Shown here piece after piece: positions 38,050-47,367 of a stretch of DNA of 64,000 nucleotides. Where the stretch lies: the NCBI GenBank assembly GCA_965603825.1, contig CBFDEM010000045.1:186001-250000 (forward strand), read 5' to 3'. The notes under the pieces are model-generated. The model worked only from the letters and a program-made list of their open reading frames with translations. It was not told the origin of the DNA and did no database searches. The DNA comes from Blepharisma stoltei ATCC 30299. Taxonomy: Eukaryota; Protista; Ciliophora. How positions within the stretch are numbered: the stretch's first letter is position 1; each line of letters opens with the position of its first letter. The translations under genes and the position numbers were made by a program.

Positions 38050-38640
38050 TTAAAAATTATGTTATTTTGATTACTGGATACTATAAGATGGACTTGTGAA
38101 GCTACAAGATAAAAAAGTTTATTTAGTTAAAAGTAAATGCATTTTTACCCTTTCTTAATTATTTTATTGAGTTTATCTTATAAACATAAATATTAAGCTG
38201 CGATAAATATTGACACTCTTTGCTTTTGAAGCTAATAAAATAATTTCAATTAACATGATAATTATCTCTTCTTGAATTTTACTATGATTAGACTGAATCC
38301 TGATACATTGGAATTTGAGAGTATTGAGTGCAATTTGATTTGAATTAATAGTTGCTTGCCTTATAATGTTTAAATTTTAAATGATAGATTTTGAAAATAG
38401 AATTTTATTGTGGATTTTATATTATTATAACATATTCAACTTTTTAACGTTTCCTGAAGCTATAAGATATCATATTGCATACAATACACAACAAAATTTA
38501 TTTAAAATGGCTTTGCAATTATAATTTTTTCAAATTAAAGCATTTTCCTATCCCTCTCCTTTCAATTTTCTTTATTTATTCAATTTCTGAAGATTCCATT
38601 TCAATCTCTTTTTTATACTCAATTTCATAATAAACCATAA

Positions 38641-39393
38641 ATGGACCCATCACCAAGTAAACTCCGTATCAAGCAGCTCTCAGAGCGACTTCTAAACCTT
38701 CAAAGCGGCTTAGAAGAAGAAAAGCAAAGCAGAGTAGAATCATTCCAGTCCAAGCTCAAAGGTCTTGAATCAAAAGTCGAAAACAGCCAGCTTAACTTCG
38801 AAAGTAAATTTAAACTCCTCAAAGATCAAGTCAACAAGCTCGGAGAAAGCATTGCAGAAGAGCGCATGGCCAGAGAGCTTCTTGATGAGCGAAAATCAAA
38901 AGAACTGAAACTCGTTGAAAACAATTTAAACATCGATTTAAACTTGCTTAAACAAAGCCGCAGAGATAATGAAGCCAAAGTAAACAAGTTGCTAGATGAA
39001 AAACTGTTCAGCTTAAGACTTGACCTTGCCAAAGAAAAAAAAGTTAGAGAAGAGGTCAGTGAGCAGCAGCATCAACAATTGGAAGAAAATATCAATAGAC
39101 TTAATAGTATTGTGGAAGGAGAAGCTGCAGCAAGAGAAGAGGGCATAGAAAAACTAAATCAACACATCCATGATGAGTTTCATAATTTTGAAGAAGAGCT
39201 GGGGACTGAGAAAAAAGACAGAGAAGAAGCGAATTCGACGATGCTTAAAATGCTTGAAGAAATGCAGGAAAGACTGCTGCAAGAACTTTTAGCAGAGAGA
39301 AAAGAAAGACAAGGGACAGAAGAAACCTTGTTAAAGCTATTGGAGGAGACTTGCTTAAGAGTAGAAACTTCACTGAGAACGTCTGCTATTTAG
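38641..39393 (+). CDS. SF-assemblin / beta-giardin family striated-fibre protein
   Basis: Short Pro-containing head then coiled coil ending ERKERQGTEETLLKLLEETC. Confidence 0.85.
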   Translation: MDPSPSKLRIKQLSERLLNLQSGLEEEKQSRVESFQSKLKGLESKVENSQLNFESKFKLLKDQVNKLGESIAEERMARELLDERKSKELKLVENNLNIDLNLLKQSRRDNEAKVNKLLDEKLFSLRLDLAKEKKVREEVSEQQHQQLEENINRLNSIVEGEAAAREEGIEKLNQHIHDEFHNFEEELGTEKKDREEANSTMLKMLEEMQERLLQELLAERKERQGTEETLLKLLEETCLRVETSLRTSAI

Positions 39394-39597
39394 TCTTAGC
39401 TTAAGGGATATATTTAATAAAAAATATTGGAAAATGCTTAAGAATTATTGGAAAGTTTTTATAAATTCTTTTTAAAAGAACTAGTGCTAAAATCTGTAAA
39501 GGCGATCTAATGAGAAGAAATTAGAGCTTCAGTAACTTTCTTATTGTCCCATAGAGCTTCATTTACCTATTAAATATCCTAATAAAATCTAAATTAA

Positions 39598-39855
39598 ATG
39601 TTCGAAGACACTCCGCTTTGGGTTTTAATTCTAGCTGGTGTTGGAATTTTGTTAGTTCTTGTGCTAATTATACTATTGATTATATGGTGCTATCGAAGAA
39701 AAAAGAGCCAGTCATTATCTTACGAATTGATACATGGGCACGAAAAAGGACGGGTAGAAGAAAAAACTGTTCAAGTCTCGGCTTATACCCCTCCTGAATA
39801 TAAGCCATACACTGGTGATCTTTATAAGAAATATTCTCCTACTTTAGGTCCTTAA
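39598..39855 (+). CDS. Small single-pass membrane protein (85 aa)
   Basis: Long hydrophobic helix followed by CYRRKK; YELI and PPEY cytosolic motifs. Confidence 0.7.
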   Translation: MFEDTPLWVLILAGVGILLVLVLIILLIIWCYRRKKSQSLSYELIHGHEKGRVEEKTVQVSAYTPPEYKPYTGDLYKKYSPTLGP

Positions 39856-39955
39856 TTGCACTTTAAAATAATCGTTAGACTCTTTCTTTTTCTTAAATGT
39901 TAAATATCCCAAATATCAAGCAATATGCACGTTTAATTTAAAATTAACGTTAATA

Positions 39956-40624
39956 ATGCAGTTCGAAGCAATCAATACCAGTATCCAGAAATCCCCTTTA
40001 CGATCTCAAAGTCCAGCTAAATTTTTTCAATTTGCTCCATCTTTTACACCTAAAGGAAACTCAGGCTCCTCCAATAGAAAAAGACGGGCTCAAACTCCAA
40101 ATAGCCGAAAAGCGCAGTCTGTGCAGCTTCAATCTTTCAATATAAATATCCCAGGAGCCACTCCTAAGTCTCATAAGCTTAGATTTGTAGATTATGTTTC
40201 CAGTTACCTTGATAGAAAAACCAACGAAATTTCTGACAATAAATTACCGACAATTTTTACATCCCTAGATATGAATAATTTTATCCATCCGAAATCTTTG
40301 CCAAGAAGCCACTCGTCACTGCACTCTTCAAAAATCTTGAAAATTGAAATAAATGGCTATGAGAAATTTCTTCAAAATACTGGATTTTCTGATAAACCGA
40401 CCCCATATGCGAGATCATATACACCTAAAGAGATAAGTAATGTGACTCCACAGTCAAGGCCAATGACAGGGCATGCTAAAAAAGTCACGACTTCGAGGAA
40501 ATCTATTAAAAGAAGAATGAAAGAAAACTTGCCTGTAAACGAATCCCCAAGAAAGAAATACAAAAAACTGATTCAGGATACTTCATTTGCATTGGAAAAA
40601 GAAAGTCTAATGGGCTGGCAATAA
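39956..40624 (+). CDS. Hypothetical S/T/P/K-rich protein (222 aa)
   Basis: Open ATG..TAA frame; low complexity. Confidence 0.7.
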   Translation: MQFEAINTSIQKSPLRSQSPAKFFQFAPSFTPKGNSGSSNRKRRAQTPNSRKAQSVQLQSFNINIPGATPKSHKLRFVDYVSSYLDRKTNEISDNKLPTIFTSLDMNNFIHPKSLPRSHSSLHSSKILKIEINGYEKFLQNTGFSDKPTPYARSYTPKEISNVTPQSRPMTGHAKKVTTSRKSIKRRMKENLPVNESPRKKYKKLIQDTSFALEKESLMGWQ

Positions 40625-40654
40625 TTTGTGTAATTAAATATTTATAAACTAAAA

Positions 40655-41236
40655 ATGCTGCTTAGGGCATCATCCAAAGTTTCATGCCTGATGACTTTTC
40701 CAGTAAGGTGGGCTACAAAGTTATCAGGAGGTGTTACCAAAAACACAAAGGACTCTCCTGGTAATTATTTAGGCATAAAAAAGTTTGGAGGCGAAGCTGT
40801 GGGCTATAATAAAATCATTGTCCGTCAAAGAGGGTTTAAATGGAGACCTGGTGCCAATGTGATTATTGGAAAAGACCATACTATACATAGTGGTGTTGAA
40901 GGATATGTGCATCATGAATTTAATCCTGAACGAAAACAAACCGTCGTAAGTGTAGTCCCTTGGAAGCTCCCTGAAAAGAAAAAGCTAGCTCCTGTGTTTT
41001 GCTACCACCCAGAACTTTATCCTGAACTTGCTGCCAATAATCCAGCACCTACGAATTATGTTATAAAGACAAAGCCAAAGGTAGAAAAAGTTAAAAAAGA
41101 TGTTGGAAAGCCACTAGATGAGCCGAAATACTTGGATAAAATAGAGATTGACTGGAGTAAAGCTGATGAAAAAACTGAAGTGAAGCTTGAAGTAAAGGAG
41201 AAGTCAAAGAAAAAGAAGAAAAAAGAGAAAGAATAG
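40655..41236 (+). CDS. MRPL27: Mitochondrial ribosomal protein bL27m
   Basis: Presequence then ATKLSGGVTKNTKDSPGNYLGIKKFGG...IIVRQRGFKWRPGANV..GKDHTI. Confidence 0.93.
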   Translation: MLLRASSKVSCLMTFPVRWATKLSGGVTKNTKDSPGNYLGIKKFGGEAVGYNKIIVRQRGFKWRPGANVIIGKDHTIHSGVEGYVHHEFNPERKQTVVSVVPWKLPEKKKLAPVFCYHPELYPELAANNPAPTNYVIKTKPKVEKVKKDVGKPLDEPKYLDKIEIDWSKADEKTEVKLEVKEKSKKKKKKEKE

Positions 41237-41324
41237 TCTTAAACTAATAGATTTATATTTTAAGGATATTTATAAATAAGCAAGGATACTAGGATTATAT
41301 ACATTTATTTGATATTTGTAATTT

Positions 41325-41672
41325 ATGGATTCAGAACTGCTTGAATGGCTTTCTTATGAAGAACTACAACAATTAGCGAGCGAAAATTTGGTGGAATCTT
41401 TGGAAAATAAACTCCAGAAAACAGAAAAACAAAATATCGACCAAATTCTTCAAAATCAGACCCAGACTCAAGATTTAATTAACCAAATTGACCTAGCTGA
41501 CACTTATCTGCAAGAGCTGCAAGAAAAGATGGAAGGATTCCTCAAGAAAATCCAAGAGACCAGAAACAAAACAATTCCATTAGAACAGCAGAATATGCAG
41601 TTTGCAATCCAACAAAACAATACTGCAGCACTTATCCAGACTTTATCAAATGCGTTAAACAAGCATGGATAA
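41325..41672 (+). CDS. 115-aa coiled-coil protein resembling the Sec3/EXOC1 (or Vps52) N-terminal coiled coil
   Basis: LENKLQKTEKQNIDQIL...LINQIDLA...LEQQN...IQQNNTAALIQTL follows the Sec3 pattern L..L...NI..I...L...D.A...N...L; recognised by eye only. Confidence 0.55.
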   Translation: MDSELLEWLSYEELQQLASENLVESLENKLQKTEKQNIDQILQNQTQTQDLINQIDLADTYLQELQEKMEGFLKKIQETRNKTIPLEQQNMQFAIQQNNTAALIQTLSNALNKHG

Positions 41673-41843
41673 CTAATGCTTTATTATGAATCCTTTAACT
41701 AAAACACTTTCCAATTTAAATAATCATATTTATATTAAGCGCTTTTTATATTTAATTTTAATATTGCTTGCTAAATCTTTATTTCATAGCAATTGAAAAC
41801 CTTAAGCTATTACACCATTTTTCTGTCCACGTGGTTATATAAA

Positions 41844-43268
41844 ATGAGTGAAAAAGTTCGATTCCTAACTCTGATCCGTCCTCTTATGTGTGTGCTTCCT
41901 GAAGTCAGCAACCCAATGAGAAGAGTTCAATTTAGAGACAAACTTGTATGGACTGCTATTACATTATTTATATATCTAGTTTGTTGCCAAATCCCTCTGT
42001 TCGGTATCTCAACCTCAAGCAACGCCGACCCTCTCTACTGGGTCAGAGTCATCATGGCAAGTAACAGAGGCACCTTAATGGAGCTCGGCATTTCACCCAT
42101 CGTTACCTCTAGCATGATCATGCAACTTCTTGCAGGCTCCAAAATCATTGACGTCGACCAAAGCTTAAAAGAAGACCGAGCACTCTTCCAAGGCGCCCAA
42201 AAACTCTTTGGGATGCTCATCACAATTGGAGAAGCAGTGGCTTACGTTGTCAGCGGAATGTATGGAAATATCTCAGACATTGGAGCTGTTACCGCAATTT
42301 TGATTATTATTCAGCTGTTTTTGGCAGGAGTCATCGTGATTATTCTTGATGAATTTTTGCAAAAAGGTTATGGACTGGGCTCAGGAATTTCTTTATTTAT
42401 CGCTACAAATATTTGTGAAAATATTGTGTGGAGAGCGTTCAGTCCGACCACAATAACTACTTCTAGAGGAATGGAATTTGAAGGAGCAATAATTGCTTTA
42501 TTCCATCTACTTATCACTAGAACTAACAAAATCCAAGCACTGAAAGAAGCTTTTTATAGGTCCAATGCTCCAAATATCATGAGTTTGTTAGCGACGGTCT
42601 TTATTTTCTTGGTCGTTATTTATTTCCAAGGCTTCAAAGTAGATTTAAGCATCCGCTCTTCAAAAGTTAGAGGACACCAAGGCACTTATCCAATCAAGCT
42701 TTTCTATACCTCCAATATCCCTATTATTCTACAGACTGCACTTGTATCTAACCTTTATTTCTTTTCACAGATTCTATATCGTAGATATAGAACTTACACA
42801 CTAGTCTGGCTACTTGGGCAGTGGCAAGATCTAGACCAAGGGTATTCAATACCTGTAGGTGGACTTGCGTATTATATTTCACCACCAAGGGAGTTTGGAG
42901 ATATTGCTGCAGACCCAATACATGCACTAGTTTATGTAGCCTTTGTGCTGTCTTCGTGTGCGTTGTTTTCAAAGACGTGGATTGAGGTAAGTGGAAGCTC
43001 TGCAAGAGACGTGGCGAAACAGCTGAGAGACCAACAGATGTTTTTGGAAGGACACAGATATGAAAGTATGGTAAAAACACTTAACAGATATATTCCAAAT
43101 GCTGCTGCCTTTGGAGGGATGTGCATTGGAGCCCTTACCATTGTGGCAGACTTGCTAGGAGCAATTGGATCTGGAACAGGGATTTTACTTGCAGTCACCA
43201 TTATTTACCAATATTTCGAAGCTTTCTATAAGGAAAAACAAGAGTCAGGTGGAGTTTTCCTATTTTAA
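41844..43268 (+). CDS. SEC61A: Protein transport protein Sec61 alpha (474 aa; true ATG at 41844)
   Basis: [72 protein letters not shown]. Confidence 0.98.
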   Translation: MSEKVRFLTLIRPLMCVLPEVSNPMRRVQFRDKLVWTAITLFIYLVCCQIPLFGISTSSNADPLYWVRVIMASNRGTLMELGISPIVTSSMIMQLLAGSKIIDVDQSLKEDRALFQGAQKLFGMLITIGEAVAYVVSGMYGNISDIGAVTAILIIIQLFLAGVIVIILDEFLQKGYGLGSGISLFIATNICENIVWRAFSPTTITTSRGMEFEGAIIALFHLLITRTNKIQALKEAFYRSNAPNIMSLLATVFIFLVVIYFQGFKVDLSIRSSKVRGHQGTYPIKLFYTSNIPIILQTALVSNLYFFSQILYRRYRTYTLVWLLGQWQDLDQGYSIPVGGLAYYISPPREFGDIAADPIHALVYVAFVLSSCALFSKTWIEVSGSSARDVAKQLRDQQMFLEGHRYESMVKTLNRYIPNAAAFGGMCIGALTIVADLLGAIGSGTGILLAVTIIYQYFEAFYKEKQESGGVFLF

Positions 43269-43442
43269 ATAAAAGTGTTAGCCAGCTAATATTAAATCCC
43301 TAATATTACATAAGCGGCCTAATGGCTCTTACCTTTCCATAGGCCCCTGAGGCAATCTTAGTTATCATAAGTAATTCAGCTTATGCCAAGAGATATAATT
43401 AAGCAGTCTTTAATATGTTTAGCTATAAGTTGACACATATAA

Positions 43443-46400
43443 ATGGAAGAACTCAAGAAATGGATTCGTTCTCGATACGCTCCCAAAGTGCTTATCATTT
43501 CTAGTTTCGAAGCTAGAGCTATCATTCAGAAATCAAACTTATCCCCAGCAGAGCTTCTTCAGCCTTTCACCTACATTTCTCACTCATTCACTGTAAAAAC
43601 CCTTACAAGCACTATAAATTGCCCAAGCGTGAAGATTGATGTGGTGGATACATTGGAATGCCGTATGAATGACCGTATATTGACTGATAACCCGCCCCAA
43701 ATCTCATGAGATGGGTGCTATGTGCATGGACCTAAAGATATCAAACAATTTTTAAGCAAAGATACCACCCCATGGTTTACTGCTTGGCAGCAGGCGTTCT
43801 TGAAATCGCTGAACCATTCTCCTCATGAGCTAATTGATATGCCATTGGCTATTGTTTATATGGCTTCTACAACGGATTTAGACCCTTTGGCTACTTTTCA
43901 GACTTTATCAAGATCACAAGCTCTGCCTCAGCTGTATCATCAGAAAATTTATGATGGGACTTGTCCGAAAGTTTTTCTTTTATTTCATGACGTGGGGACA
44001 AGCTCACTGAAAAATGCTGAAGTATTACAAATTTTCGAAAAAATGCAAAAATCACTGGCGCCAAGCTTGTGCCACTGGCAGTGCATAAATTCAGTGACAG
44101 AGCCAAGCCTAAACCACTGGGGACCTGAGAAAGGACAGTCAATTTCTTCATCTGACTGCTTTCAGTTACAGATGTTTATAGATGAGCTTCTAATGCGTGA
44201 AATTGTGCCATATATAGAAAGAGCGTTAAAAACCCTTGATAATATTTTAGAACAAAAACGAAGAGGCTTAAAAAATTCCATAAAAAGTATTTTTGGTAAG
44301 AAAAACGTTGAATTTTCATTTCAGTATGGAGGGGTTGAACATGTGACTCGGTTAATTGCAGATTTGGCATTTTTATGTGGGGATTATGATCTTGCTGTGA
44401 ATAATTATAGGTCTGCTTGCAATGAGTTTAAAAATTTGAAGGCGTGGCCACATGCAGCTTCTGCAAGTGAAATGCAAGCCTTGTGTGTGGTTATGCTAGG
44501 AGGGGATAATAGAGAAGTGGAATATGCGCTGGATACTGCTTATACATTATACCAAAGAGCAGGAGAGCAGGCTTTGCTTTTGAGATGTGCGATTATTACA
44601 AAATATGTATTCCAAGGAATGGAAAACTATAGAAAACTAGCCCAAAAATTAATGAACGCTGGAAATGATGCAAGAGAAATCCAGGTAGCCTATCCTTTAT
44701 TTATGGAACAAACTGCTTTGGCTTATTTAAAAATCCGTCCAGCTTATTTCAGAAAATATGCGTTTTATCAAGTATTGGCAGGAGATGAGTACCGTAAAAT
44801 TCAGCTTGTAAAGCATGCTCTTAACTGTTATTACTCTGCTTCTCACATATATAAAGACAAAAAATATGATTTTGTTATGATGCATTTAGAGCATATGCTT
44901 GGCCGATTTTGTTATTATTTAGAAATGTATGCAGAAGCTGTACATTTCTTTTTAAGCTTATCCAGCTCTCCTAAATTGCTTATCCATAATGATCAGCATC
45001 AGAAAAAAATTATTAATGAGTTAATTTCTACAGTCGCCAAGTGGACTTCTTTGCCAATCCCTCAGGACTATGACCCAATCAATAAAAACTCAATTCCTTT
45101 TCATCCTGATGGAAAACCTTTATTGAATTTTTTGCTGCCCAAAATCAAGCAATACTCAGTCAGATTGCCACAAGATAAGGTGGTCACTTCTGGAAAAGAT
45201 AACTCCTCAGGGATTTCAGTAACTTGGGGGTCTTTATTAAGCCAGGTTTCAGGCTCAAGTCATCTAACAGAGGAATTTGACGTATTTGATAGCAATAAAG
45301 AAATGAAAGGGATTAGAAGCTTCCATATAGGAGAAACTGTAGAAGTCAGCATATTGACTCATAATCCACTAGATCTGATGCTTATTATAGAAGACGTCCA
45401 AGTTATTGTGGAGTATGAAGATGAGTCTGGGATTGTAAACATGACCAGCTTGGATAAACTTGAATTGTCACCTAAAATTGATAAAACTGTGACGCTAGAA
45501 TTCAGCCCTCAGAAGCCTGGAAAATTAAAAATCAGAGGGGTAAAATGGAACTATAGTGGCGTCTTTTATGGTGTTTATAACTTTTCTGAGCTGATTTATG
45601 AAATAATTCCAGAGTCATCATCAGTTTCTGCTTCTTTTTTGCAGTTCCCTGACTCTTTGTTGCATGGACAAATACAGGAAGTCCAGATAAAAGTTACAAA
45701 TCAAGTTATAAATCCTATTAATGACCTTTGCATTACTTTTTCTCATCCCTTTATGTTTGGAAAGTCCCAAATTAAACTAGGAGATTTAAATGAAGGAGAA
45801 GAAAAAGTGGTGGATATATGACTTAGAGGCGAGTTCATAGGATTTCATACAATTAAATTCCTTATCACATATCTTTCTCAAGGAATCCTTAGATATACTC
45901 GTGTTCAGAGCGTTTTTGAAGTAAAACCGTCAGTCAAAATCCAAACCCGATATGAATCAAGCTGAAAAAATCCTAATGAAAATATCTTACAACTGTTTGT
46001 TCAGCCAGCTTTTAATGCAGAGCTTTCTCTAAAGCAGTTGTCTTCTCTCACAAATCATTCTTTGAGAATAATAAAAACTCTTGGAAAAGAAATTTTTTAT
46101 TTAGCAGTGAAAACTGGGGATGAAGCACAAAATATCATTTTTGAGCAGGATTGGCTGGAACCTGTCGACGTTAAATCAGGATTCTGCTGGGAAGTCAAAG
46201 AAGCCTTGAAAAAATTCACAAATAGCGACCCAGGCCTCGATTTACTTATATCATGAGAACTCATAATTAACCAAACCAGAGTCCAAGGCCATCATTATTT
46301 ACTCAATTTATCCTTATACCAAGACAAACAAGCTATACCTCTTCGTATGGTTATCGACGCTCCTTCAGAAATTTCTCACGATTTTTCAGCAACCCCAGTC

Positions 46401-46709
46401 TTATTGATCCCAGTTAAATTATCCCTGAAAAGTTTAAATGAGAAATCTCAGAGCTTTAACCTCGAAGCCTATGATAGTAACGTCCAGATCAATGAAAAAG
46501 ACATACAAAAGCCTCCTCACTTATGATGGAGTGGAAATACCTGCACGAGATTTGAAAAAATGGACTCTGGAGAAATCAAAATAATTGAATTCACTGCATT
46601 AGTCACCGAGCCGGGCTGCTACAATTTAAATAGGTTTTGCTTTACTTTTGATTCAGAAATCACAAAGAAATGTGTATTTCCATATCAGCATCAAATATTG
46701 ATTAACTAA
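43443..46709 (+). CDS. TRAPPC8: TRAPP III subunit Trs85/TRAPPC8 (1088 aa); TGA=Trp at 43707, 45819, 45963, 46254, 46524
   Basis: LSPAELLQPF, TPWF, HELIDMPLA, RLIADLAFLCGDY, RKYAFYQVLAGDEY, I(W)LRG, HDFS, PGCYNLN. Confidence 0.9.
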
Positions 46710-46752
46710 ATTCTTTATATAAATAATAATTTTAAATATTTATAAAGCAACT

Positions 46753-47286
46753 TTAAATTAAATTTTGATAGAACCATTTCATAGAATCCCTGAATTCTTC
46801 GCTGTATCCTTTAAGATTCAACTCTACACAGCGAATTTTAATAGATCGATGAATTTCTTCAAGTGAACAGATTTTGAATAAGTCTCCAGGCTTTCTCTTC
46901 TCTTTATTAGATTTCGTATTAAAAATAACTAAAAAAATTGCATCCCTGAGCTCTTCTTCATTTGTCAAGTGGTGAAGTTTTCCCAAGGCTTGTTCAAGCT
47001 TTTGCTCATTAGAGTCTGAATCTATTACAAAAATAACCCCTGAAAACAAAATATTCTTATAAAAGGATGACCATAAAGGCAAAAGAGCTTCTTTTCCAGA
47101 CACATCTCAGATCCCTATGTCTTTGCCTTCTCCGTCTTCCAAGAAATTTCTGACTTCATAGTTATACCCTTGTGTGGATTCTAATGAATCTGCAATCTCA
47201 GCATAAAGAAGAGTTGATTTTCCTGCACCTTGAAGGCCAACTAAAAGTATTTGAGGAATAGTGCTTCTTCTGTTTAAATTTCCCAT
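46753..47286 (-). CDS. Divergent ARF/ARL-family small GTPase (177 aa); TGA=Trp at 47107
   Basis: MGN start, GLQGAGKST P-loop, STQGYN, I(W)DVSGK, LWSSFY, GVIFVIDS, EEELRDAIFLVIFN. Confidence 0.88.
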
Positions 47287-47367
47287 AAAAATTAATTATT
47301 TTTAAATGAAAATAATTTTAAAAGAAAAATTTATTGTAAAATCTATTTATAGATAATGAATTATCTT

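Noticed and set aside
41793-41843. N-terminal extensions from TTG/GTG starts in the ORF track (SEC61A, 50352, 54964)
   Set aside because: Artefacts of prokaryotic start-codon rules; downstream ATGs in A-rich context fit better
2866-47286. Apparent cluster of membrane-trafficking genes (beta-adaptin, ferlin, BEACH, SEC13, SEC61A, TRAPPC8, ARL)
   Set aside because: Interspersed with unrelated genes on both strands; the category is large, so chance cannot be excluded
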